Source: Flavobacteriaceae bacterium
GTDB taxonomy: Bacteria > Bacteroidota > Bacteroidia > Flavobacteriales > Flavobacteriaceae
Direction: 5' to 3'
Length of the DNA stretch: 50,529 nucleotides
Assembly: GCA_018672145.1 (NCBI GenBank)
Contig: JABHGH010000061.1
Span: 1-50,529 of the forward strand
Of this stretch, positions 17,010-26,197 are shown piece by piece. Under the pieces are notes generated by a model. It worked only from the letters and a program-made list of their open reading frames with translations, had not been told where the DNA came from and ran no database searches. The translations under genes and the position numbers were made by a program. Every line of letters begins with the position of its first letter. Within the stretch, counting starts at the first letter, position 1.

Positions 17010-18801
17010 TGTATCCTTGAGTCTCTACATAATCTGCGTTCAAGAGATTTTGCACATTACCATAAAACGACATTCCTTGAATGCTCATTTTGTGAGCCAC
17101 ATGCAGGTTCATTAACCAATAGGGAGATAATATCACCTGTTTGCTCTCAAACAAATCATCTCGTTCTCCAACATATTGAAACGATGTCAAAACTTGTGTA
17201 TTCTCATTGACATCATACTGAAAGTTTCCATTGACTTTGTGTTTTGGTATTCGCAAGCCTTGACCATCTTCATGTTGGGTATAGGTGTAATTTGTACTGA
17301 AATCAATGTTTGAACTCAACGGCATTTCCAACAAAAACTCTGTGCCATAAATACGGAAATCTCTAGGGGAGTTTGCATATCTTCTGGTGATCATGTCATA
17401 ATTCACGAAATTTTTCTCTTCACGATCAAAGTACACCAACTGGAGAGTGCTTCCATTTTGGGAAATCAAAGAAGCTCCTACTTCGATCCCTTGGTTGGTT
17501 TCAGGTTTTAATTCTTTATTTCCAGAATAGGCGTCAAAAAGTTTGTAGAGTGAAGGTGCAATAAAGGCAGTACTTAGACTCGTAGTAAAACGAATATCCA
17601 TTTTTGGAAAATCAAAATATAAGGATGGGTTAACGTGATATGTCCAATGTGAACCAAAGGCGCTGTGATCGCTCAGCCGAGCTCCTATTTGCGCCTCAAA
17701 AGGACCCGCATTCTCGTACAGAAAATTAACAAAATAGTCTGCTAAATTCATGTCTACTACCTCGGATCCAAATTGTGCTTCTTGCCTCTTATGATTTACA
17801 CCAACCAACCCTTTGACGTTTGTCTGTAACTGAGAGGAGAATACACCCTCAACGTCCATTGACTTTCCCTCATAAGAAATTGGGAATGCGGACTCGTCAA
17901 AGTCGCGTTCAACATTTGCCCATGAAACACGACCCACAAATGAGCTGTTTTCATTTTGCCATTTGGGCTGAATGGAAGTCCGCTGACTTTTATTGGTGAA
18001 CTGATTATCTGCATCCATTAACGGAAATGAATCGTCATAACCCGTCATGAAATAGTCTTTACTGAAAAAGGTGTTGATGCGCAGACTTGGCAATAAACGA
18101 ACTTCATATTGCGCATTGACATTTTGTTTTTTTGTAGGATCCTCTTCCTCACCGACAACAGCTGACATGCCAGACGTTCGATGTTCAGCTAATGACACTC
18201 TACCTGAGTGAACTGCGCCACCAAGTCCTACATTGAGTTGATAGGTTTTATTATCAACGGCAAATTCGGAATCAAGTTGAGAGTTATTGGTTCCAAAAAA
18301 GGTGTGTACCGCTATGCTTTGACTTTTTGGTTTATTGGTTGTAATTTTTATAACAGCAGTAGCTGCTGCGCTGCCATATAAGCTACTGGCAGCTCCTCGA
18401 ATAATCTCGATGGATTCTACGGATGATAAATCAACTTGACGCAAATCAAAATCATTTTCAATTTGTGTGGGGTCGCTAACTGGCACGCCGTCGATCAAAA
18501 CCAAAACCTGACGATTGTTTCCACCACGAATAAAGTAACTTAAATTAGTGCCTGGGTGACTTTGATAACCATTAACATGAATACCTGCTTGACTTGACAA
18601 TAATGAAGCCATCGACCCGCCAAGATACGGCTTGATGTCTTGCTTACTGATAAAGGTTACAGAACGACCTGTTTTTGATTGGGATCGTTCAAATCTGGAA
18701 TCGGTGACAGTCACCTCTTCAAGATCAACAGATTGGTTTTGCCCATGGACAAAGAGAAAGCTGAACACAAAAAATGTGCTGTATAAAACAATAATTCTCA
18801 T
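16963..18801 (-). CDS. btuB: TonB-dependent receptor, BtuB-like (vitamin B12 outer-membrane transporter)
   Basis: Signal peptide from ATG 18801 (MRIIVLYSTFFVFSFLFVHGQ), TonB box EEVTVTD, plug domain IEIIRGAASSLYGS, terminal aromatic ...GVSYTF. It lies directly downstream of a cobalamin riboswitch. The listed TTG start at 18900 lies inside the aptamer. Confidence 0.9.
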   Translation of the reverse strand: MRIIVLYSTFFVFSFLFVHGQNQSVDLEEVTVTDSRFERSQSKTGRSVTFISKQDIKPYLGGSMASLLSSQAGIHVNGYQSHPGTNLSYFIRGGNNRQVLVLIDGVPVSDPTQIENDFDLRQVDLSSVESIEIIRGAASSLYGSAAATAVIKITTNKPKSQSIAVHTFFGTNNSQLDSEFAVDNKTYQLNVGLGGAVHSGRVSLAEHRTSGMSAVVGEEEDPTKKQNVNAQYEVRLLPSLRINTFFSKDYFMTGYDDSFPLMDADNQFTNKSQRTSIQPKWQNENSSFVGRVSWANVERDFDESAFPISYEGKSMDVEGVFSSQLQTNVKGLVGVNHKRQEAQFGSEVVDMNLADYFVNFLYENAGPFEAQIGARLSDHSAFGSHWTYHVNPSLYFDFPKMDIRFTTSLSTAFIAPSLYKLFDAYSGNKELKPETNQGIEVGASLISQNGSTLQLVYFDREEKNFVNYDMITRRYANSPRDFRIYGTEFLLEMPLSSNIDFSTNYTYTQHEDGQGLRIPKHKVNGNFQYDVNENTQVLTSFQYVGERDDLFESKQVILSPYWLMNLHVAHKMSIQGMSFYGNVQNLLNADYVETQGYTTRGRNFSLGVSYTF

Positions 18802-18854
18802 ATGATTTGTTAAATAAATAAACGTCTGCCCCTTATCCCGAGAAACACACACTA

Positions 18855-19015
18855 AATAATACAGGCAGGTCTCCTGGCTCACGTAATATAACCTTCCCAA
18901 CTTTCGTCAGTGGTCTAAAGAAATGACATTACACGTTTACAGTTGCGGGAACAGCTGAAGCATCACACTTCATTCCCTTTTCATTTACAATTACAGAATG
19001 TAACTCGTAAAACCT
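18855..19015 (-). promoter_or_regulatory. cobalamin (B12) riboswitch
   Basis: The minus strand carries the hallmark blocks AAAAGGGAA-tgaa-GTG...GCTGTTCCCGCAACTGTAA, GACCACTG...GGGAAGG, and the B12 box GCCAGGAGACCTGCC (plus-strand 18864-18878). It ends about 55 nt before the btuB ATG. Confidence 0.85.
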
Positions 19016-19027
19016 ATATACTCAATA

Positions 19028-19035
19028 CAAAGATA
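19028..19035 (-). promoter_or_regulatory. -7 box TATCTTTG for the riboswitch-btuB transcript
   Basis: Exact TAnnTTTG on the minus strand, just upstream of the aptamer start. Confidence 0.45.
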
Positions 19036-19075
19036 TAGAATCTATTCTAGTGTTTTATGGTATATAAAAAAAACC

Positions 19076-19083
19076 TATTTTTG
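19076..19083 (+). promoter_or_regulatory. -7 box TATTTTTG for the 19107 gene
   Basis: Exact TAnnTTTG 23 nt before the ATG at 19107. Confidence 0.4.
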
Positions 19084-19106
19084 GATTCGAACTGCTATCT
19101 AAAATT

Positions 19107-19595
19107 ATGCTATCACTTTCAAAAAAAGAAAAAGTTCTCATCAGTTTTGTGCTGATTGCTGCTTTGAGTAGATTACTACCCCACCCTCCAAACTTTGCAC
19201 CCATCACAGCGATGTCTCTCTTTGCGGGCGCTTATTTTACAAGGAAGCAACTCGCCTTTTTAGTGCCATTATTGGCGATGATTTTATCCGATTTTTTTCT
19301 CGGATTTCATGTCATTTCGATTTTTGTTTATATGGCTTTTGCATTCATCACACTGCTTGGACAAAGAAGTGGTAAGGTCAGTCCGAAATTAGTGTTACTA
19401 GGAAGTATATCGTTTTTTATTATCAGTAATATGGGAGTATGGCTGTTGTATTATCCTCTGACAATGGAAGGGCTCATTACATGTTTCACACTGGCAGTCC
19501 CATTCTTCGCCACCTCATTGCTTGGAGACGCTGTGTATAGTGTCGTTCTTTCTTTTGGGTTTTCAGTAGCTAAAAAACAACTTCAAATCAGCTAG
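19107..19595 (+). CDS. small polytopic membrane protein (about 6 TM; resembles DUF6580 putative transport proteins / ECF S-component-like)
   Basis: 162 aa, almost entirely hydrophobic segments. The N-terminal RLLPHPPNFAPITAMSLFAGAYF motif is one I associate from memory with the DUF6580 family. Confidence 0.5.
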   Translation: MLSLSKKEKVLISFVLIAALSRLLPHPPNFAPITAMSLFAGAYFTRKQLAFLVPLLAMILSDFFLGFHVISIFVYMAFAFITLLGQRSGKVSPKLVLLGSISFFIISNMGVWLLYYPLTMEGLITCFTLAVPFFATSLLGDAVYSVVLSFGFSVAKKQLQIS

Positions 19596-20710
19596 TTATC
19601 GTCTTGTGAGAGCTGTGGTCTGTTGAGATTTTCAGGGTCAAACGTAATTCGTTTGTTGGCAGGTGAAAGTTTAACAATGTCTTTGTCAATTTTCTTAAAC
19701 TCTCCTGTCAAATCATTGTAATGATTGACTGCAGTTCCTAAAGTTTTACCCAATTTCGAATGATAGGTTTGATAAGCATTTAAATGGTTGGTCAGCTTAT
19801 CAACATTGGTGAGTATTTCTTGCACAGACTTTTCAATTTTCAAATTGTGTAGTGCCTTAACGGTAATCTGCAACATTGGAAAAAGGCTCATCGGAGAAAC
19901 TATCATTACTTTTTTTCCGTAAGCATAATGCACCAAATCGCGGGAGTTGATTTGTAAGCTACCTACACGACTATTTAATAGGTCTTGATAAAGGCCATCA
20001 GCAGGAATAAACATATAGGCGTAATCGGTAGTTTTTTCAGTTGGTCGGATATATTTTGATGTTTCATCAATTCTTAATCGGATATCGTTTCTGAATTGAG
20101 TTTCCAATTTTTTGATTTCACTAGGGTCACTACTTTCAATCATTTTGTTGTAGTTGTCCAACGAGAACTTGGCATCAATTGGAATAATAAACTGCCCCAC
20201 CTTAACGATTGCGTCAACCATTTCGCCGTTGCTAAATCGGTGTTGCATGGTGAATAAATCGGGTGGCAATACATTTGCCAATAAATTCTCCAGTTGAATT
20301 TCACCCAATATCCCTCGTTGCTTCGAGTTTCCAAGGATTTTCTCTAAGGACTTCATCTGCGTTGCAAAATTCAGCACTTGTTCGTTTGTTCCTTTGATCT
20401 TCTCGAGTTCAGCAGTCACTTCTTTTACAATCTTATTAGACTGTGAAAATTGGGTTTGCATATTTTGCTTTGTGCTCTTCTGAAACTCATTAATCTCTTG
20501 ATTAATTGTTGTCAGCTTACCTTCTATCTCAACTCGTGAAACTTGTGCGTTTTGCTCAACATCCTTTCGTATTTCTTGAATTTCATTTCGGAGTGCCTCA
20601 TTGAGCTGAACCAAAAGTGCATTTGATCCTGACGAATTTCTATTGTGAAGAAAAAAGATCAACAAAACAACAACAAGTATTCCGACTAAAAGTAAGATCT
20701 CAAATGACAT
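19592..20710 (-). CDS. rmuC: DNA recombination protein RmuC
   Basis: N-terminal TM segment, long coiled-coil, then the C-terminal RmuC nuclease-like region (VDAIVK...IPIDAKFSL...YAYMFIPADGLY). 372 aa. Confidence 0.9.
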   Translation of the reverse strand: MSFEILLLVGILVVVLLIFFLHNRNSSGSNALLVQLNEALRNEIQEIRKDVEQNAQVSRVEIEGKLTTINQEINEFQKSTKQNMQTQFSQSNKIVKEVTAELEKIKGTNEQVLNFATQMKSLEKILGNSKQRGILGEIQLENLLANVLPPDLFTMQHRFSNGEMVDAIVKVGQFIIPIDAKFSLDNYNKMIESSDPSEIKKLETQFRNDIRLRIDETSKYIRPTEKTTDYAYMFIPADGLYQDLLNSRVGSLQINSRDLVHYAYGKKVMIVSPMSLFPMLQITVKALHNLKIEKSVQEILTNVDKLTNHLNAYQTYHSKLGKTLGTAVNHYNDLTGEFKKIDKDIVKLSPANKRITFDPENLNRPQLSQDDN

Positions 20711-20733
20711 AACAGCTAATGTACAAATAAAAC

Positions 20734-23583
20734 CTATTTGGTTAGATACATTTTTCTACGTGAGTAAAGATCATAAAACTCGTCATTTTTTAAATCATCA
20801 ATAAACAAAATACTTTCCCCTGTACTTTTCATTTCAGGGCCAAGTGCTTTGTTGACATTTGGGAATTTATTAAACGAAAACACGGGTTGTTTGATCGCAA
20901 ATCCCTCAAGATGAGAGGTGTAATCAAAATCCCCTACTTTGTGTTTGCCGAGCATGACTTTTGTTGCGTAATTGACAAATGGTTGCTGTTTTGCTTTAGC
21001 GATAAAAGGAACCGTTCTGGAAGCCCTAGGATTTGCCTCGATAATATAAACAATATCATTTTTGATAGCAAATTGGACATTGATCAGACCAACCGTATTT
21101 AGCTCGAGTGCAATTTTTTCTGTGTGATCCTTGATTTGCTGCATCACAAAGTTGCCAAGATTGAAAGGAGGTAGTGTTGCATTGGAATCTCCGGAGTGAA
21201 TTCCACAAGGTTCGATATGCTCCATGATCCCAATAATCTCAACGTTTTCACCATCACATATGGCGTCAGCCTCTGCTTCTATTGCGCCATCCAAGTAATG
21301 GTCTAACAACAGCTTGTTGTTGGGGATTTTTTGAAGAAGATCCACAACGTGAGCTTCTAGTTCTTCCTTGTTGATCACAATCTTCATTCCTTGACCTCCT
21401 AACACATACGAGGGACGAACAAGAATAGGGAAATCTAACTCTTCAGCCAACTGCAACGCCTGCTCTGGTGATTCGGCAACGCCAAACTCAGGGTATGGAA
21501 TATTATTTTCTTTAAGAAGCATCGAGAAACTACCTCTATCTTCAGCCAAGTCAAGGGACTCATAGGAAGTTCCCATAATTCTAATGCCATATCGGCTCAG
21601 TTTTTCAGCGAGTTTAAGTGCCGTTTGACCTCCCAACTGCACAATAACTCCGACTGGTTTTTCGTGTTGAATGACATCAATAATGTGTTCCCAAAAAACG
21701 GGTTCGAAATACAGTTTGTCGGCCGTATCAAAATCGGTAGAAACCGTTTCGGGGTTGCAGTTGATCATGATGGTCTCATAGCCACATTCTGCGGCAGCCA
21801 TCACTCCGTGCACACAGCAATAATCGAACTCGATACCTTGGCCAATGCGGTTGGGACCTGATCCCAAAACAATTATTTTCTCCCGACCAGAGTCAACACT
21901 TTCATTATCAACAAATTTTTCGCCATCTTTCCCTTGCACTTCGTCCTCAAAAGTTGAATAATAATAAGGTGTTTGGGCTTGAAATTCTGCAGCACAGGTA
22001 TCTACAAGTTTATACACTCGTTTAACGCCTACATTATTTCTCAATTTATACACTTCACTTTCTAAGCATCCAAGCATATGAGCGATTTGTCTGTCTGCAA
22101 ATCCTTTTTGTTTGGCCTCTAAAAGTAGTGGTTTCGAAATGTCTGAAATGTTGTGTTTAGAAATCTCCATCTCCAAACTGTATAGCTCTTCATACTGACG
22201 TAAGAACCACATGTCGATTTTAGTAATCTCATGGATTCTATCCAATGAGATTCCCATTTGTATAGCGTCATAAAGAACAAAAACTCTGTCCCATGATGCA
22301 TGGGTGAGTTTTGAAATCACTTTTTCGTAATCGGTCAGGCCTTTCCCGTCGGCGCCGAGTCCGTTCCTCTTGATTTCAAGAGACTGAGTGGCCTTATGAA
22401 GTGCTTCTTGGAAAGATCTTCCAATGCCCATCACCTCACCCACAGATTTCATTTGCAGGCCCAACTCACGCTCTGATCCTTCAAATTTATCGAAATTCCA
22501 GCGTGGAATTTTCACAATAACATAATCTAATGTTGGTTCAAAAAGTGCAGACGTTGATCCTGTGATTTGGTTACTCAGCTCGTCTAGTGAATAGCCAATA
22601 GCAAGCTTGGCTGCAATTTTTGCAATAGGATAGCCCGTGGCTTTCGATGCTAATGCGGATGATCTAGAAACTCGAGGGTTGATTTCGATGGCAATGATGT
22701 CTTCTTTTTCATCTGGGCTAACAGCAAATTGGACGTTACATCCACCTGCGAATTCTCCAATACTGCGCATCATCTTGATCGCCATATCACGCATACGCTG
22801 AAAGGCTGAGTCTGATAGTGTCATTGCTGGCGCTACTGTGATTGAATCACCAGTATGAATCCCCATAGGATCCATGTTTTCAATAGTACATATAATAACA
22901 ACATTGTCATTATTATCGCGCAACAACTCCAACTCGTATTCTTTCCATCCAAGAAGAGCCTTGTCGATAAGCACCTCATGAATAGGTGATGCTTCTAGTC
23001 CCCTGGTGAGTAGGGATTCGAATTGATCCGCGTTATGAACAAAAGAAGCTCCCGTTCCACCAAGAGTAAATGAAGGACGAATCACCAGCGGGAAACCAAA
23101 CTCTTGCGCGATTTCTTTTCCTTTCAGAAACGAAGTCGCCGTTTTGGCAGGAGCCACAGGAATGTCTATTTTTTTTAAAAGTTTTTTAAACTGATCCCTA
23201 TCTTCCGTGATATTAATGGCATCGATATCGACTCCAATAATTTCAACATCAAACTCTTCCCAAACTCCTTTTTCATCGGCCTCAATACAAAGGTTGAGCG
23301 CCGTTTGACCTCCCATAGTGGGCAAAACGGCATCGACCTTGTGCTTTTTGAGGATCTCACGAATAGAGGTTGTGGTTAGAGGTTTTAGATAGATGTGATC
23401 CGCCATTGAAGGGTCAGTCATAATTGTCGCTGGATTGGAATTGATCAGTATCGTTTCAATTCCATCTTCCCGTAACGAACGGAGCGCTTGACTACCTGCA
23501 TAATCGAATTCACATGCTTGACCAATGATGATGGGGCCTGAACCTATTATGAGTATAGAATCTAAATCAGGACGCTTTGGCAT
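20734..23583 (-). CDS. carB: carbamoyl-phosphate synthase large subunit
   Basis: 949 aa with duplicated ATP-grasp halves (ILIIGSGPIIIGQACEFDYAG... and IIVLGSGPNRIGQGIEFDYCC...). Confidence 0.95.
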   Translation of the reverse strand: MPKRPDLDSILIIGSGPIIIGQACEFDYAGSQALRSLREDGIETILINSNPATIMTDPSMADHIYLKPLTTTSIREILKKHKVDAVLPTMGGQTALNLCIEADEKGVWEEFDVEIIGVDIDAINITEDRDQFKKLLKKIDIPVAPAKTATSFLKGKEIAQEFGFPLVIRPSFTLGGTGASFVHNADQFESLLTRGLEASPIHEVLIDKALLGWKEYELELLRDNNDNVVIICTIENMDPMGIHTGDSITVAPAMTLSDSAFQRMRDMAIKMMRSIGEFAGGCNVQFAVSPDEKEDIIAIEINPRVSRSSALASKATGYPIAKIAAKLAIGYSLDELSNQITGSTSALFEPTLDYVIVKIPRWNFDKFEGSERELGLQMKSVGEVMGIGRSFQEALHKATQSLEIKRNGLGADGKGLTDYEKVISKLTHASWDRVFVLYDAIQMGISLDRIHEITKIDMWFLRQYEELYSLEMEISKHNISDISKPLLLEAKQKGFADRQIAHMLGCLESEVYKLRNNVGVKRVYKLVDTCAAEFQAQTPYYYSTFEDEVQGKDGEKFVDNESVDSGREKIIVLGSGPNRIGQGIEFDYCCVHGVMAAAECGYETIMINCNPETVSTDFDTADKLYFEPVFWEHIIDVIQHEKPVGVIVQLGGQTALKLAEKLSRYGIRIMGTSYESLDLAEDRGSFSMLLKENNIPYPEFGVAESPEQALQLAEELDFPILVRPSYVLGGQGMKIVINKEELEAHVVDLLQKIPNNKLLLDHYLDGAIEAEADAICDGENVEIIGIMEHIEPCGIHSGDSNATLPPFNLGNFVMQQIKDHTEKIALELNTVGLINVQFAIKNDIVYIIEANPRASRTVPFIAKAKQQPFVNYATKVMLGKHKVGDFDYTSHLEGFAIKQPVFSFNKFPNVNKALGPEMKSTGESILFIDDLKNDEFYDLYSRRKMYLTK

Positions 23584-23621
23584 GAGCTAGTGGGTGTATT
23601 TATATTAGGACGAAATATATA

Positions 23622-23658
23622 TAAAAAAAAGGTGTCACTACAAATAGAAACACCTTTC
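23622..23658 (-). terminator. probable intrinsic terminator after rpmH
   Basis: The minus strand reads AAAGGTGT-(14 nt loop)-ACACCTTT followed by TTTTTTT. It starts about 20 nt past the rpmH stop. The loop is long, so confidence is moderate. Confidence 0.5.
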
Positions 23659-23678
23659 TTTATTAAAGCTTTATTCAC

Positions 23679-23837
23679 TTATTTTTTGTGTCTTGGTTCA
23701 GAAGATACTGAAAGTTTCTTACGACCTTTCGATCGGCGGGCTGCTATTACTTTTTGACCGCTCACAGACGACATTCTTTCCATGAAGCCATGTTTATTGC
23801 GGCGTTTTCTTTTTGAGGGCTGAAAAGTTCTTTTCAT
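23679..23837 (-). CDS. rpmH: 50S ribosomal protein L34
   Basis: Not in the ORF track because it is under 60 aa. My translation is [52 protein letters not shown] (52 aa), the canonical L34 sequence. Confidence 0.9.
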   Translation of the reverse strand: MKRTFQPSKRKRRNKHGFMERMSSVSGQKVIAARRSKGRKKLSVSSEPRHKK

Positions 23838-23869
23838 AATATATAATTCTATCTTCTAATCAAACGGTG

Positions 23870-23877
23870 CAAATATA
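23870..23877 (-). promoter_or_regulatory. -7 box TATATTTG for rpmH
   Basis: Exact TAnnTTTG on the minus strand, 32 nt upstream of the ATG. A TTG (plus-strand CAA 23896-23898) sits 18 nt further upstream as a possible -33. Confidence 0.45.
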
Positions 23878-23921
23878 CAATATTATCCTACGATTTCAAG
23901 AAGCATTCCATAAGAATTAAT

Positions 23922-23929
23922 TATTTTTG
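23922..23929 (+). promoter_or_regulatory. -7 box TATTTTTG for the 23947 gene
   Basis: Exact match 17 nt before the ATG. Confidence 0.4.
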
Positions 23930-23946
23930 ACAAACAATCAAAATTC

Positions 23947-24462
23947 ATGTTTCCAAAATTTATCAAAATCGTATTAGCAGCAGCAACTTTAGGATACGCT
24001 GTATATCAGTTCATCGAAGAATCTATTGGCAATGGGATTGCTCTGATCTTCTTGGCGGGTATTTTTGTTTTCTTGTATTACAAAAACGAAATTTTATTGC
24101 TGGCTTTTCTACGCTTGCGAAAGCAGGATTTTAAAGGAACCGAAAAGTGGCTAAATAGAATAAAAAAACCCGAAGCTGCTCTCACGACCAAGCAAGTGGG
24201 ATATTACCATTTTATTCGTGGAGTGATTACCTCGCAATCCAACCTTACACAAGCTGAAAAGTATTTTCGAAAAGCCATCGCACTAGGGCTCAATATGAAA
24301 CACGATATGGCAATGGCAAAACTCAGCCTAGCGGGAATTGCTATGCAAAAAAGACGAAAGCGAGAAGCGACAACCCTTATTAAAGAAGCCAAAAAGCTGG
24401 ACAAGCAAGGCATGATGGGCGAGCAAATTAAGCTTATGCAACAACAGTTAAAACGCATCTAG
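23947..24462 (+). CDS. hypothetical membrane protein (2 N-terminal TM helices + helical/TPR-like tail)
   Basis: 171 aa with two hydrophobic segments in the first 55 aa, then an amphipathic helical repeat-like region. I recognise no catalytic motif. Confidence 0.45.
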   Translation: MFPKFIKIVLAAATLGYAVYQFIEESIGNGIALIFLAGIFVFLYYKNEILLLAFLRLRKQDFKGTEKWLNRIKKPEAALTTKQVGYYHFIRGVITSQSNLTQAEKYFRKAIALGLNMKHDMAMAKLSLAGIAMQKRRKREATTLIKEAKKLDKQGMMGEQIKLMQQQLKRI

Positions 24463-24601
24463 CTCGTAAACTGACTCTGTTTTCACATCCATCAGACACA
24501 AGACTGAACGAAAAGAATAGGTATCCATGGCAGTGGAGTTGCTTTGCGATTCCTTAGCACACGGCGCCCAGACAATGCTGATAGATTTTCTACTCACAGC
24601 C

Positions 24602-25489
24602 CTACTTCACAAACACCGCAACCTCATAATCTTTACGGGTGCGGTTCGCCAACGAGTATCCTTTGAGCCAAGGGTTGAGTACACGTAAGTCGCCATAGGT
24701 CATTGCGTGAGCCTTAGCAAATTCGACCAGATCAAGAATTGGGGTGTTTACATGTACAAGTCGTGTTAAAGGTTGTTTGTAAGATTGTGTTTTCTCTACC
24801 GAGAACCCATATCTTCTTGGCGTCTCAAAAATTGTTTTTATAGCAACAATCCGATATATATACCGACTTGTTTCCTCGTTTAAAAAAAGATCATAGTAAG
24901 ATGTCACCTTTTGCTTTTCTAAGGACGATTTGATGCGCTGAATGCCTGCATTATAGGCCGCCGCTGCAAGTGTCCAATTGCCAAAAATCCGATAAGCATC
25001 ATTCAGGTAGTCGGAAGCACTTTGTGTTGATTTGATGATATGTAAACGCTCATCGACGTTTGCATTTACTTCTAAACCATACTCGCGAGCTGTTGGCGCC
25101 ATAAACTGCCAAAACCCTTCTGCGCCAACCGGCGAGGTCACATTAATTAATCCGCTTTCAATGACCGCCAGATATTTAAAGTCATCTGGGATGCCATTTT
25201 TTCTAAGAATGGGTTCAATGATCGGGAAGTATTTTTCAGCCCGCTTAAACAGCAGGATGCTATTGGAGTGCCAAAACGTATTGACCAATACTTCGCGATC
25301 AAATCGTTCTTTTATGTGGTTTATCTGCAAGGGAACATTTTCACCAGAAAAACTTACAGAAGACGGAAGTTCAGCATGGAACAACCCACTTGGTTGTGAC
25401 GGAGTGACTTCTTTTGATTGTGTGCAGCAGTTGAATAGCAAGCCGAAACTTAGCGCAAAAAAGAGTCGTAGACCTAAACTCATATTCAT
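24602..25489 (-). CDS. lytic transglycosylase domain protein (SLT family)
   Basis: Signal/lipoprotein-like N-terminus. SLT motifs AVIESGL (catalytic Glu-Ser), GFWQFM and AAAYNAG. Confidence 0.8.
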   Translation of the reverse strand: MNMSLGLRLFFALSFGLLFNCCTQSKEVTPSQPSGLFHAELPSSVSFSGENVPLQINHIKERFDREVLVNTFWHSNSILLFKRAEKYFPIIEPILRKNGIPDDFKYLAVIESGLINVTSPVGAEGFWQFMAPTAREYGLEVNANVDERLHIIKSTQSASDYLNDAYRIFGNWTLAAAAYNAGIQRIKSSLEKQKVTSYYDLFLNEETSRYIYRIVAIKTIFETPRRYGFSVEKTQSYKQPLTRLVHVNTPILDLVEFAKAHAMTYGDLRVLNPWLKGYSLANRTRKDYEVAVFVK

Positions 25490-26166
25490 AATGATTTGGT
25501 TGAAGTGTTTTTTAAAATAATTTCTGGAAGGATTTCATTAAGCAGATGTGCTTTACGCAAAATCATGGCGTGTGTTCCTCCCTTGACAGCAATGTAATTT
25601 TTGATATTAAAAACGGGGATTAGAGCGTCATGCGTCCCATGAATGTGGATAACCTTTGGGTCGGCTTCTTTTTGATCCCATTGGAAAAAATGATGAAGAG
25701 CCCATTGTAAATATTCTTTACTTCGAAACGACAAGTAGTGCTTATAAAGTCCCATTCTTTTTCGCATCGATGGTCCAAACACAAACCCGATAAAATCTTC
25801 TGTTTTATCAATCCATTGCGTTGGGAAGTATTTATAAGCTTTGGATCTTCTGCCGAGCATGATGTGGACGGGAAATTCTTTATATGACTTCACACTGGAA
25901 ATAATAATCACCTTGTGGCATGGAATGATTTTGCTCATTTCTTGCACAAGGATTCCCCCAAAAGAAACACCTAACAAAATAGGATTCTTTTTTTTGATTT
26001 TTTCACACATCCGTTTAGAGAAACTTTGAATAGATTCATTAGGAAGCGGATCTATCCATTCTAATTTGTGGATAACAAACGGTTTTGGCAAGCGAATGAA
26101 TTCAAATATCTTAGAATTTGCCGCTAATCCAGGCATGCAATACAGGTGAATTTCTTCGTTCAGCAT
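25486..26166 (-). CDS. alpha/beta hydrolase
   Basis: 226 aa with the nucleophile elbow GVSFGG and a C-terminal HGTHD...GGTH region. No signal peptide. ATGA overlap with the downstream transglycosylase gene. Confidence 0.7.
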   Translation of the reverse strand: MLNEEIHLYCMPGLAANSKIFEFIRLPKPFVIHKLEWIDPLPNESIQSFSKRMCEKIKKKNPILLGVSFGGILVQEMSKIIPCHKVIIISSVKSYKEFPVHIMLGRRSKAYKYFPTQWIDKTEDFIGFVFGPSMRKRMGLYKHYLSFRSKEYLQWALHHFFQWDQKEADPKVIHIHGTHDALIPVFNIKNYIAVKGGTHAMILRKAHLLNEILPEIILKNTSTKSL

Positions 26167-26170
26167 ACTA

Positions 26171-26178
26171 CAAATCTA
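26171..26178 (-). promoter_or_regulatory. -7 box TAGATTTG, 4 nt upstream of the hydrolase ATG
   Basis: The minus strand reads TAGATTTG-tagt-ATG. Confidence 0.4.
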
Positions 26179-26197
26179 ATGTCTTTTTTATTTTTCC

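Noticed and set aside
18802-18900. N-terminal 33-codon extension of the btuB ORF (TTG 18900).
   Set aside because: The extension overlaps the B12 box and aptamer 3' half. A proper signal peptide begins at ATG 18801.
24463-24601. Checked the GC-rich spacer by eye for SRP (4.5S) RNA domain IV, tmRNA, RNase P and 6S features.
   Set aside because: Only a vague AAGGAA..GCA..AGCA resemblance to the SRP motif, with no supporting helices. I kept it only as an unexplained spacer in the findings.
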